IMG/VR virus record: IMGVR_UViG_3300025135_000005 | Span: 1 to 63,406 of that record | DNA: 63,406 nt | Direction: 5' to 3' (one strand) | From: a virus | Lineage: Duplodnaviria; Caudoviricetes | In this document: in pieces, positions 29,253 to 38,620 of the stretch | Numbering within the stretch: position 1 is the stretch's first letter | Layout of the letters: every line of letters begins with the position of its first letter | Made by a program: the position numbers and the translations under genes | The notes under the pieces: generated by a model | What the model was told of the DNA's origin: nothing | Database searches by the model: none | Seen by the model: the letters and a program-made list of their open reading frames with translations, nothing else

Positions 29253-30926
29253 TTAATATTTAATTATGTCATTTTCCTTGGTAGCCCAAATATCATAGTT
29301 ATTGTCCCAGTTAATTTCAATCTCAATAAACAAACTTGTATCTGAATTTATTATCACAGGTCTGCTGTCAAGAGCATAACCTCTATACATTGTGTTAAGC
29401 GTATAAGTACCCTCCTCAAGGTCATTAAATGTAAATTCTCCAATTGTACTTGTTGTTGTGGTAACAAAACTTGAGTTAGGGTATACAAGCTGCATTGTTG
29501 CTCCAGTAACCGTTGAACCAGATACAAGTCCGCTTAGTGAATACTCACTCAATGGACTCTCTGAATCAAGAGAATTAGGAGTTACAAGTCCAGATATTTC
29601 TCTTGAGTATTTACTATCAGATTCAGTGTAAACAAATGTTTTAATAGGCTCAACTTGTGTACTTAAACTATAGGTATCTGAAAATGTAACGACACTTTGC
29701 TTAACGTCAAATAAATTTTGCAATTCTTTTACATTACCAACTCGATACAACAAATTCTTATTTGTTTTAAGTGAAAGTTGATACTTTCTAATTGTCTTGT
29801 CTGCAGAAAATTCAGATGTGGTATTTTTTGTCTTACTATTAGCAACTTCCTTATAGTCATCGGATTTGGGGACAATGTACGTAAACACAGTTCCAGTAAA
29901 CCCAGTATCTCCAGTATTATAATTTACCTGAACAACATAGCTATCTGCATTTTCTCCATTTGACCAAAATATCTCTGGAGTAAATGTGTTTGTTTGACCA
30001 GTAGGGGTCGGATATTCAAATATTGGCTTATCTGGAACTTCAAAGAATGAGAAATAATCTCCACCCTTAAAATTAAGCCCCTGAAATTCACCCTTATCAA
30101 TAACCATTTCCTCTGAAGAAGTCTCTCCCCTTACAGTGGAATTATAAACCTGATTTGTTATAGAACCATCCTCTTCAATAGTCTGTAAGTCAGTTAACCC
30201 AGGGGTGAGCTGAATGTCGAATATGAAATTTGTATCTATTATAAACTGGTCTCTATCTTGGAACAATTCTGTTTTAAAATCTCCAAATTTCTTTATAAAC
30301 TGGTCTATTTGAAGGTCATATATATTTGTGGTAATCCCTGTTGTTGAGGCTGTAATTGAGTAGAGGGGTTCATCCAGCTGGTTCTGAAGAACACTCATCA
30401 ACTCTTCCGTGGAAATAGGAGCACTACCGATTCCAGGAGTTGTATTCCCAAAGCCATCCTTATTTTTAAAGTTTTTAGTTATATTATTAACTTCATTATT
30501 AGTTCTGTTTATGGTTTTTTTGCTAATTACTCCAGTGGCCTCATCGAGTTCTTCAATTATCTCTGTTGTAATTTTTTCAGTACTGATTGACTCCTCGGAA
30601 TCAATCAAAAATTTTTCTTTAGCTCTCTTAAAAACATCCCAACTTACACGATATATGTCATGCTTTATGTAAACATTTGGACCGAAACTTGTTGTGTTTT
30701 TAGAAAAATCAAACCTTATGAATGGTTTAACCAAACTTGTGAATATCGCATTTGGGTTTTGTCCATAATAATCTTTTGTCCCTCCCACAGTTGTGTAGAT
30801 AGGTACCTCAAACGCAAACGGTAATGTAGCGGCTTCAGCAACATCAAAGAAAATGTTTTGCTTAAAACTTTGCGCCACATTCTCGTCAGTTCCAGTTGTC
30901 TCTTGTATAGATTTTTTAATTATCAT
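29253..30926 (-). CDS. Virion structural protein with FN3-like and Cna-B/carboxypeptidase-regulatory-like domains
   Basis: WS..ENADSYVVQV (FN3-like) and GEFTFNDLEEGTYTL (Cna-B-like). Confidence 0.6.
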   Translation of the reverse strand: MIIKKSIQETTGTDENVAQSFKQNIFFDVAEAATLPFAFEVPIYTTVGGTKDYYGQNPNAIFTSLVKPFIRFDFSKNTTSFGPNVYIKHDIYRVSWDVFKRAKEKFLIDSEESISTEKITTEIIEELDEATGVISKKTINRTNNEVNNITKNFKNKDGFGNTTPGIGSAPISTEELMSVLQNQLDEPLYSITASTTGITTNIYDLQIDQFIKKFGDFKTELFQDRDQFIIDTNFIFDIQLTPGLTDLQTIEEDGSITNQVYNSTVRGETSSEEMVIDKGEFQGLNFKGGDYFSFFEVPDKPIFEYPTPTGQTNTFTPEIFWSNGENADSYVVQVNYNTGDTGFTGTVFTYIVPKSDDYKEVANSKTKNTTSEFSADKTIRKYQLSLKTNKNLLYRVGNVKELQNLFDVKQSVVTFSDTYSLSTQVEPIKTFVYTESDSKYSREISGLVTPNSLDSESPLSEYSLSGLVSGSTVTGATMQLVYPNSSFVTTTTSTIGEFTFNDLEEGTYTLNTMYRGYALDSRPVIINSDTSLFIEIEINWDNNYDIWATKENDIIKY

Positions 30927-30936
30927 TTTTTAAAAA

Positions 30937-33375
30937 TTAAGGCCAAGGCAATGGTGGAGGGTTAACGCCAGGTTGAATTTCTCCAAAAATTTCAAACCCA
31001 TCAATTCCAGCGCCAAGATTATTTTGGTTGATATATCCTTCAATTTTTACTGGTGTTAATCTTTTTGTTATACCTTGGCTAATCCCTGAATTAATAACTA
31101 TACTGTTAATTGCCACACCAAAGAAGTCATTTATTTTTGGACCTAAATGAACTGGAGTAAGTGGGGGCCTAATATCTGGCGGCAATCCATTCTGAAACTC
31201 TGAGCCATCATTTATTCCCTCCTTATACACAAATCTTTGCCTTTGAAATACCGTATTCCTATACGTTGTCCCCTGACATTCAAGTATTGTTGTTGCTGGT
31301 ATCAGCTGCAATAAATAATCCTGGAAATTAGTCTCCATCAAATTAAGAAATGCTTCAAGCTTTTTTATTGTTAGTCTATTTGATTGGGGATATGACATGA
31401 GATAATAATTCATGTATATCCTCTTTAGTTCTGGATAGCCAAAGGTGGTGTGAATCTGAGAGTTAGTTTTTCTATTTCTCGGCTCTATATTGGATGTATA
31501 AATGAATTGCATATAATCATTAAACGTCATTCCAGTAATATTTTCTGGAGTAACGAATTCACAATCAGTTATTGTATATTCATACGGCACCGTGTTTGCA
31601 CTAAAATAAGGGGAGCCCATAGTTCCCCAAACCCAACATGTCCCACTTAATTTGTACCACTCAAAAACATCACACTCAATTGCATTTGCAGGACTTAAAG
31701 TTGCACAAACCTCCTTTGTGTTAACGATGTTTTCGCTACCAGTAAAACCAGTATCTCCAACTTGAACCTTAATGTTGTTAACTCTTTTTATTGGATTAAA
31801 TTCGGGCACCCACTGATTGATGTACCTTTGTCCATCTCCTCTTCCTGGTCCTCCTTCTTGGAAAATATATTCACTGACCTCATAATTTATGAACCCTCTT
31901 GAGTTTGCTTTATTTACTTGAGGTGGAAATGCAGTGGTGTCTATATCATTCTCATCTATAATCGTTCTTTCTATGTCATAAACAAATTCATTAAAAACAA
32001 CAAGACACTCTGGAGCACCCATCAGTTTAAAAATAAACTGGAGAGCATCTCTTGTTCCCTTTCTCTTATATAGCCAATTGATATTAATCAAAATTCTCTT
32101 CCACATCTCTACGTTGTAGTATGCAAATGAGTTTTGTTCTGGATTTTCATCATCAGCTAAATATTCGAATAAATCTATCTCACTGAATGAGCTTGAAAGC
32201 TTCCACCCAAGTAAGTTGCTGAGTTTAATTAAGAATTTTTCAGGAACACTCTCCTGGTCATTGTAGCCAATGGAGTGAGCGTATGCAATGTTGTCTATAA
32301 ATTGCTTAATCTCATCAAATTGCTTAGCGTAAGAAGCAGTTAACTTTTGGTATATTTGTGTTTTTGTATCAAATTGAATGTAGTTTTCTGGAATCATGGT
32401 TTTAATCATGATGTCAGTCTTGTCCATATCTGTATTTCCAGCTAATAGGAGCATATTGCTCTTATACTGCTCAAAACTATCACCTCTTGTGTCTGGATTA
32501 AACCCATCAATAGTTCTTGGCCACTGAATTCTATAGGTAAAACTCGTATTCTCATCATCAATATCTGGAATATCAAATACCCCCTCCCCAAGAAGTTGCC
32601 TCTCAAGTCTTGACTGTTGCATTCTATATTCAGTAACCCTTTTTCTCGATGGTCTAATATAAACTGGTAGCGTGCTCGTGGTTCCTGTGAGTGGAATTGC
32701 AGCTCCGCTTGATAAGTGACCATTTATCTCAAATTCAAGATATGCTGATACTCCAGGAAAATATGAATACGTATTAATTGTAAACGATTCTGTCTGAGCA
32801 GTTGTTGTTGCGCTTAATTGTATCTCAAACAAATTTGTTTGGGTCATCAAGCTAACTTGATTTCCTATTGGAGAGCCTGAGTTGAATAATATATACCCCT
32901 CATTAATTATAGTGCTTGCAGGTATTTTAAACCTCGATGTTTTCTGTCCAGTTGTATTATTGTATTCCTCGCTATAATCATATATGGTGACACCATTAAA
33001 ATTATCAAACGCTAAGGCCGCATAAGGAAATGTATCAATTATATTATTTATTGAGCGAGCCACCTCGGTATAGAAGGAGCCAAAATAGCTATAACTATAC
33101 GGGTCTGACTTAACTGGTCTAAGCTCATTGTTCTGAATTGAGGTGTTTATTATGGGGTTAAAATTCTCAACCCCCATATTCTCAAGTGTAGAAAATGGTG
33201 TAAATGATAAATTATTGGCAGTATTTGTAAGTAAGTCAGGCTCGCTGCTTCTCTCAATTCTATAGTCACCAAAAGTAAAAATAGACTCAGAGGACGTGTT
33301 TGCAAACCTAAGGTCCTCCCCAGGTCTAAATGCTGTTGATAATGTAATTCCTGAATCTACTTCGAATGTTGACAT
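30937..33375 (-). CDS. Baseplate wedge protein, gp7/P2 tail protein I-like
   Basis: VPEKFL..LSNLLGW...KRIL.NINWLYKRKGTRDAL..IFKLMG pattern, C-terminal LIPATT. Confidence 0.65.
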   Translation of the reverse strand: MSTFEVDSGITLSTAFRPGEDLRFANTSSESIFTFGDYRIERSSEPDLLTNTANNLSFTPFSTLENMGVENFNPIINTSIQNNELRPVKSDPYSYSYFGSFYTEVARSINNIIDTFPYAALAFDNFNGVTIYDYSEEYNNTTGQKTSRFKIPASTIINEGYILFNSGSPIGNQVSLMTQTNLFEIQLSATTTAQTESFTINTYSYFPGVSAYLEFEINGHLSSGAAIPLTGTTSTLPVYIRPSRKRVTEYRMQQSRLERQLLGEGVFDIPDIDDENTSFTYRIQWPRTIDGFNPDTRGDSFEQYKSNMLLLAGNTDMDKTDIMIKTMIPENYIQFDTKTQIYQKLTASYAKQFDEIKQFIDNIAYAHSIGYNDQESVPEKFLIKLSNLLGWKLSSSFSEIDLFEYLADDENPEQNSFAYYNVEMWKRILININWLYKRKGTRDALQFIFKLMGAPECLVVFNEFVYDIERTIIDENDIDTTAFPPQVNKANSRGFINYEVSEYIFQEGGPGRGDGQRYINQWVPEFNPIKRVNNIKVQVGDTGFTGSENIVNTKEVCATLSPANAIECDVFEWYKLSGTCWVWGTMGSPYFSANTVPYEYTITDCEFVTPENITGMTFNDYMQFIYTSNIEPRNRKTNSQIHTTFGYPELKRIYMNYYLMSYPQSNRLTIKKLEAFLNLMETNFQDYLLQLIPATTILECQGTTYRNTVFQRQRFVYKEGINDGSEFQNGLPPDIRPPLTPVHLGPKINDFFGVAINSIVINSGISQGITKRLTPVKIEGYINQNNLGAGIDGFEIFGEIQPGVNPPPLPWP

Positions 33376-33387
33376 GAAAACTTTTTC

Positions 33388-33497
33388 TATAAATATTAGG
33401 GAAAAAGTTTTCGAATCTAAATAATAAAAGATTATTTTTTATCCTTAACTATTTATTTTCGAACAAGAATTAAATAAATTTTATCATTCTATTTATA
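33388..33497. promoter_or_regulatory. Divergent pair of TATTTATA late-promoter motifs
   Basis: TATAAATA at 33388-33395 (minus-strand gene ATG 33375) and TATTTATA at 33490-33497 (ATG 33512). Confidence 0.65.
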
Positions 33498-33511
33498 GAA
33501 AAAAAGCTGAA

Positions 33512-35563
33512 ATGAGTTATTTACCAAACGAGCCGCAGACGTTCATAAATATAAAACTTACTGATGATGGAAGGAGGCTTCTATCTTTAGGTCAATTGAC
33601 GTTTAATAAAGCGCTCCTGTCTGATAGAGAGATAAATTATGGAATTGACAGAACTGGGGCTTATGACATCGGATGTTGCAATAGAATTATAGCACCAAAA
33701 GATGCGGCACCAAAATTCTCTCCCTCACTTAGTTTTGATGGTTCCGATGCGGTTCCGATAACAGTTGGTTCAGCCACTCAAGTAATTACAGCACAAACAG
33801 AGACTACTGGTTTTTTTACAGGAACCACAACTGGAACCACATGGGCAATCGACTTCGATGAATATAAGGGTTCTAACACAATCGACTACTCAACATATGT
33901 TCCAGATGGAACAAATAATGTTACAGTTGCTGGTGGTGGTACAGGATATTTTCCTTTTGCTGGAGACTTAATGTACATTCCTTGGGAGCCAATATCAGCA
34001 AGCGGATTAACTTATGACGCATCTACAACAATAAACTCTGGAACTCCATTTAATAATTTATGGTATAGAGTACTTTCTGCTGACACAGGGACTTCAGTTG
34101 TTACACTTGATAGAAATGTCCCAAATTTTGGAACAGCCTCTACATCTCAAATAATAAACACTTATTTCTATCCTTTTAATGGCGTTGAAACCTATTATGG
34201 TTCAGCGGCTACTGTTAACACAGGGGTTTGGAATATGAATATTATTAGAACCAGCTCTGTTGAAGGCACAAACCCATCAATCAGTGGTTATACTACCTAT
34301 GGCTCAATTCAATACAATGGAACAAAACAGTACCTTGGATTTGGAAGTGAAACAAGGCAGTTTGGAGTAATCCACTATACAAACGAGTTTACAGGGAATA
34401 CATATGCTGAACAGTTGGTTGAAAAAACTGTTGTCATAGATATTCCAAATATAATGTGGCACAGAACTGCTGGCCTTGCTGGTCAGGTAACTAATTTTGG
34501 AATAAAGCTACAAGATTATGCTGGCTCAACATTTTTTGACAATGCCGCACAAACAAATTATAGAGAACTTAGAGACGGTTCAACATCGCTTGATTTTGTG
34601 GTTGGTAGAGTTTATCATAAACTTAAAATGATTGTGATTACTGACCCAGAATTATTAACCGCCTTGACATATAAGTCAAATAGGTCCTACACACTTCCAG
34701 GTCTTAGCGTTGATTCTTCGCCCTCTCCAAACAGTTCATGTTCAAATACTGTTTTGGACACATCAAACACAACAGGATTGCTTCAGAGTGGCTATACGTA
34801 TTATGTAACATATATTACAGAGAGTGAGCCGACATATTCATCTGGAACATCTCTTGGATACCCTCAATCACTACCTTGTCAATACATACAAAGAATTGAT
34901 GGCTCTGTAGATGCGCTGGATAATCCGCAGTATTTAAGGGCATTCTTCAACACATCGTTTTTTCCTTACTTGAGAAATTCTGCTGGATTAGATTCTTTCT
35001 CTGGAACAGGCTGGAACACAAATAAGGTGCAGCTTCTTGTTAATAGAGTTAATACATCTCTAAACCCAGATACAAATTTTGACAATATTCCTACAGATGG
35101 ATGGAGACGCATGTCATCTGGTACAACTGGAAATGGATTATACACTGGAGCAACAAACTCTCTTACAATTGACCCATTAAACCTTGCAGGATTCCAATTT
35201 ATAGTTTCACAGGAAGACTGGGATAGTGGGAGCACTTATGTTCTTGATAGCTCTTTTTATGACAATAATGATGTTAATCAATCTGGGCTTACATTTGGTA
35301 GCGAAGCTTTCTTCTTTGGAAATATAAGAACAGCAATAAGAGCAACGTCATTTAAGTCAGTGATGACAGTTTTGGCTCCAGACCCTAATTACAACACATC
35401 AAATAACTCAAGTTTTAATGGGCTATTGGATACAGATACATATATAACTGAAATTGGAATCCTGAATGATAACAATGTTCTTGTGGCAGTAGGAAAACCT
35501 ACTTACCCAATTAAGAAGAATGATTCAAGATACCTTGCATTCCAGTTGGAAATTGATTTTTAA
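33512..35563 (+). CDS. Virion tail/baseplate protein with tail-collar-fibre-like termini
   Basis: N-terminal KLTDDGRRLL...LSDREINY and C-terminal YITEIGILND..VLVAVGKP..PIKK...LEIDF. Confidence 0.65.
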   Translation: MSYLPNEPQTFINIKLTDDGRRLLSLGQLTFNKALLSDREINYGIDRTGAYDIGCCNRIIAPKDAAPKFSPSLSFDGSDAVPITVGSATQVITAQTETTGFFTGTTTGTTWAIDFDEYKGSNTIDYSTYVPDGTNNVTVAGGGTGYFPFAGDLMYIPWEPISASGLTYDASTTINSGTPFNNLWYRVLSADTGTSVVTLDRNVPNFGTASTSQIINTYFYPFNGVETYYGSAATVNTGVWNMNIIRTSSVEGTNPSISGYTTYGSIQYNGTKQYLGFGSETRQFGVIHYTNEFTGNTYAEQLVEKTVVIDIPNIMWHRTAGLAGQVTNFGIKLQDYAGSTFFDNAAQTNYRELRDGSTSLDFVVGRVYHKLKMIVITDPELLTALTYKSNRSYTLPGLSVDSSPSPNSSCSNTVLDTSNTTGLLQSGYTYYVTYITESEPTYSSGTSLGYPQSLPCQYIQRIDGSVDALDNPQYLRAFFNTSFFPYLRNSAGLDSFSGTGWNTNKVQLLVNRVNTSLNPDTNFDNIPTDGWRRMSSGTTGNGLYTGATNSLTIDPLNLAGFQFIVSQEDWDSGSTYVLDSSFYDNNDVNQSGLTFGSEAFFFGNIRTAIRATSFKSVMTVLAPDPNYNTSNNSSFNGLLDTDTYITEIGILNDNNVLVAVGKPTYPIKKNDSRYLAFQLEIDF

Positions 35564-35579
35564 TTTTTTTAATTAAGGA

Positions 35580-35587
35580 TATTTATA
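35580..35587 (+). promoter_or_regulatory. Putative late promoter TATTTATA
   Basis: 16 nt before ATG 35604. Confidence 0.65.
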
Positions 35588-35603
35588 ATAAAAATAAAGA
35601 GAA

Positions 35604-36050
35604 ATGGGATATATACCTTCAGCAGAAACAGTTTACGCAGTAGCCTACCTTACGGAGACAGGCAGAAATTATCTGTTCAACAAAAATAATAACAGATTTG
35701 ATACTGCTGGTGACGATTTATTTGAAATCACTAAGTTTACACTTTCTGATATTGACACAAATTATCAGACAATTCCTCTTCTTGAGTCTGGAGAAGTTCC
35801 AGATATTACAGGGAAAAATGATGGATGCCTTAAAGCAACTGCAAACTATGTGCAAACAAATCTTATTGCATTTATATTTGATAGCACACCAACGAATGTT
35901 GAATATAGCACTGATTTAGCTCCAGGAACCCCTCCTGTGTTAAGTATAGCTGAGACAAGTATTCCAGATATAGCCCCTGGCGAGACTCCTCCCTCAAATA
36001 TCAATTTTGTAGTTAACAACCCTATCTTACTACCTGCTTTTGGTGGTTAA
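35604..36050 (+). CDS. Virion protein, paralogous to the N-terminus of 33512..35563
   Basis: AYLTETGRNYL...ITKFTLSDIDTNY aligns with KLTDDGRRLL...FNKALLSDREINY. Confidence 0.6.
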   Translation: MGYIPSAETVYAVAYLTETGRNYLFNKNNNRFDTAGDDLFEITKFTLSDIDTNYQTIPLLESGEVPDITGKNDGCLKATANYVQTNLIAFIFDSTPTNVEYSTDLAPGTPPVLSIAETSIPDIAPGETPPSNINFVVNNPILLPAFGG

Positions 36051-36069
36051 AAATTAAAAATAAAAAGAC

Positions 36070-36606
36070 ATGGCAATTAAAGGCGTAATAGCAAACGGCA
36101 ATCCAGCAAATAATTCAATAGCTAAAAAGGTTACTTTTAAAACTACTAATCTTGATAATGGGGTTATAGTTGTTGAACCACATACTGTTTCTGGACCAAC
36201 TCCAGTGGGGACATTTAATATTCCACTAAATGGAATAAGTATTGGTACCAATAAATTCGTGGTTCCACTTCAGACTACAACTGGAGCGGGTACATATTGG
36301 CTTAAATTTTGGCTTCCTCAACCGAACTCAAGCATTATGTATGTTACATTTTGTATTAAGACTAATGGCGTTGCAGATGGTTATTATGATTATAACACTG
36401 GTATTCCGAGTGACTACAGAAGTGCTCTTAGAACTTGGATTAGAGACAACGTTTCAACGAATGTTTCAAATGCTGTATCGCTTCAAAAAAACTTACTATT
36501 CACCGTTTACGGTTTAGATACAAATCAAGTTTCATCAGCAATTCAGTATATGGTTAGGTTTACAGCTGTATTTGGTGGCACAGTATCAGTAAGCCCTACA
36601 AGATAA
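36070..36606 (+). CDS. Hypothetical (probable virion) protein
   Basis: 178 aa, beta-rich, in a late operon. Confidence 0.55.
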   Translation: MAIKGVIANGNPANNSIAKKVTFKTTNLDNGVIVVEPHTVSGPTPVGTFNIPLNGISIGTNKFVVPLQTTTGAGTYWLKFWLPQPNSSIMYVTFCIKTNGVADGYYDYNTGIPSDYRSALRTWIRDNVSTNVSNAVSLQKNLLFTVYGLDTNQVSSAIQYMVRFTAVFGGTVSVSPTR

Positions 36607-36628
36607 TAAATTATAAAATTAGAAAACA

Positions 36629-37750
36629 ATGCCAAACGTACCATATAAAAATATTACAAGCATAATTTCTGCAAGAAATGAGAATGCCACATTTACAACT
36701 ATACCAGGCTCTTATGGGCTTGGGTATAGCGCACTTACCTATACGCTGTGTGATAGAACAGACCTAACAAGTAAAGAGGCTAATTATTTTATTTCTTTTA
36801 AAATACCTCACACACAAGGTAATCTCTCTACGGGTTCTACATTATCTCTCCAGAATCCTCAACTCCAGCAGATGAATGTTGATAAAATGGTTATTTCACC
36901 AATTCCAAGAGAAGCGTATAATGAAATGATTGATGGGCGAAGTGTAACTTTTACAGTTCCTCAATTAAGTGGTTCATCTTATATGTCTGGTATAACAGTC
37001 GTATCATCTACTTATTCTGAGCTTACAAAGTCTCAAAATTCTACACTTCTTGGAAATAACATTGCATTCTTATTTTCAGATGACATCAACCTCCCAAGAA
37101 CTGGGACTACTACTGGTGGAGTGCCAAGTTTTTTCCCAAGAACAACCTGGAATGTAACTCCTTTTGTAAACAGACCACAGGCTCATGCCTACACTGACCT
37201 TCTGGCAGCAGACATCAATACCGACCAAAGGCCGTGGAGTGGAGTTAGTCTTGCAGTTCCAGTTTCAGAAAATTATCCAACAAACACCAATCAAGGATAT
37301 AATTATGACATTCCTGTGGGATATGTTTCTTTGGATAAAGGATTCTTGGTTTTGACTCACCCAGATATTGTTGATAATATTCCTTGGGACCAAGGCTTCC
37401 AATTGCATACAAATGTTGTCAACACAGGTTCAACATCTGCTACAACAAATGTTTATTTTGACAACATAGCATCTAAACTAACATTTAATGACATCAACAT
37501 TAACTTTAGAACTTCTGTAGTTTGTCTCGCTCTTCCAACTGAGTTTGTATTCTCTACGAATCCATCTTGGAATCTTGCCTTTAACATTCAAGAACTTGAC
37601 AGTGAAACTAATGGTTTTGACCCCGTTCAAGTGACAGAGATTGGTCTTTATAATAAAAATAGTGAATTAATTGCTGTCGCTAAGCTTGATAGGCCAGTTG
37701 AGAAAAATTACACAAACTTGATAACCTTCAACCTTGATATAGATGTATAA
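36629..37750 (+). CDS. Virion protein, paralogous to the C-terminus of 33512..35563
   Basis: STNPSW...VTEIGLYNKNSELIAVAKLDRPVEK...LDIDV. Confidence 0.65.
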   Translation: MPNVPYKNITSIISARNENATFTTIPGSYGLGYSALTYTLCDRTDLTSKEANYFISFKIPHTQGNLSTGSTLSLQNPQLQQMNVDKMVISPIPREAYNEMIDGRSVTFTVPQLSGSSYMSGITVVSSTYSELTKSQNSTLLGNNIAFLFSDDINLPRTGTTTGGVPSFFPRTTWNVTPFVNRPQAHAYTDLLAADINTDQRPWSGVSLAVPVSENYPTNTNQGYNYDIPVGYVSLDKGFLVLTHPDIVDNIPWDQGFQLHTNVVNTGSTSATTNVYFDNIASKLTFNDININFRTSVVCLALPTEFVFSTNPSWNLAFNIQELDSETNGFDPVQVTEIGLYNKNSELIAVAKLDRPVEKNYTNLITFNLDIDV

Positions 37751-37771
37751 CGGATTGATTATCAGTTAGTT

Positions 37772-37936
37772 ATGACTGAAGTTTATAAAATAAAAAATAT
37801 GATTAATGGCAGGATTTATATAGGTTTTGCCATTAATTTTCCAAGACGCATAGGCGAGCATACAAATTTACTTAAGAGAAACAAACACCATTCAAAATAT
37901 TTACAGAACTCCTGGAATAAATATGGATTGGACTGA
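37772..37936 (+). pseudogene. Truncated GIY-YIG homing endonuclease remnant (54 aa; not in the ORF track)
   Basis: MTEVYKIKNMINGRIYIGFAINFPRRIGEHTNLLKRNKHHSKYLQNSWNKYGLD*. Stops before the catalytic Glu and Asn segment. Confidence 0.8.
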
Positions 37937-37990
37937 GCTCCCCATCTTCAAAAGATATTTCAATAAATTTAGATAAAAACATAATTAGAA

Positions 37991-38020
37991 GAGCCCTTGA
38001 TATTAACAAGGGCTTTTTTT
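37991..38020 (+). terminator. Intrinsic terminator
   Basis: agcccttg-atattaa-caagggct followed by a T run. Confidence 0.75.
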
Positions 38021-38041
38021 ATATTTTATAAAAACAAAATT

Positions 38042-38581
38042 ATGATTCTTGCACTGGATGTATCTACAAGCTGTATTGGGTATGCTTTATTTAATGAGGC
38101 TGGCGATGAGCTTATGGAGCTTAACTATATAAAATTTAGAAGTAAAATTAGCTTATTTGAAAAGCGAGTTGAATTTATGAAACAAATTAAGTTTCTTGAG
38201 AATTCAGATATAAAACATATTGTAATTGAAGAACCTCTTAAGAAATTTAAGGGAAAATTCTCAAGCGCAGATACAATTGCTCTTTTAAATTTCTTTAACG
38301 GAATGATTAGTGGAACTGTTCATGAAATGTTTGGCATCGAACCTATACACTACAATGTTAACACAGCAAGAAAAGTGGCATTTCCTAATTTCAAACCCCT
38401 AAAAGACAGCGCTTCAAATAAGCATGCAATTTGGACTCTCGTTAGAGATAGAGAACCTCACATTGTTTGGAAATATGGACCAAAGACTGCAAAGCTTGTT
38501 GATGAAAATTATGACATGTGCGATTCATACGTTGTGGGATTATGCCACATTAACATAATGCAAGAGCAATTGGCTGATTAA
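38042..38581 (+). CDS. RuvC-like Holliday junction resolvase
   Basis: ILALDVSTSCIG, IVIEEP, NTARK and DMCDSY acidic residues of the RNase H/RuvC fold. ATG at 38042. Confidence 0.8.
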   Translation: MILALDVSTSCIGYALFNEAGDELMELNYIKFRSKISLFEKRVEFMKQIKFLENSDIKHIVIEEPLKKFKGKFSSADTIALLNFFNGMISGTVHEMFGIEPIHYNVNTARKVAFPNFKPLKDSASNKHAIWTLVRDREPHIVWKYGPKTAKLVDENYDMCDSYVVGLCHINIMQEQLAD

Positions 38582-38584
38582 ATT

Positions 38585-38616
38585 CTTGCTTTACTCACCA
38601 CAATGCCATATATTTG
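38585..38616 (+). promoter_or_regulatory. Bacteroidota sigma70-type promoter (TTG-N21-TATATTTG)
   Basis: TTG at 38585-38587 and TATATTTG at 38609-38616, just upstream of ATG 38621. Confidence 0.6.
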
Positions 38617-38620
38617 CATT

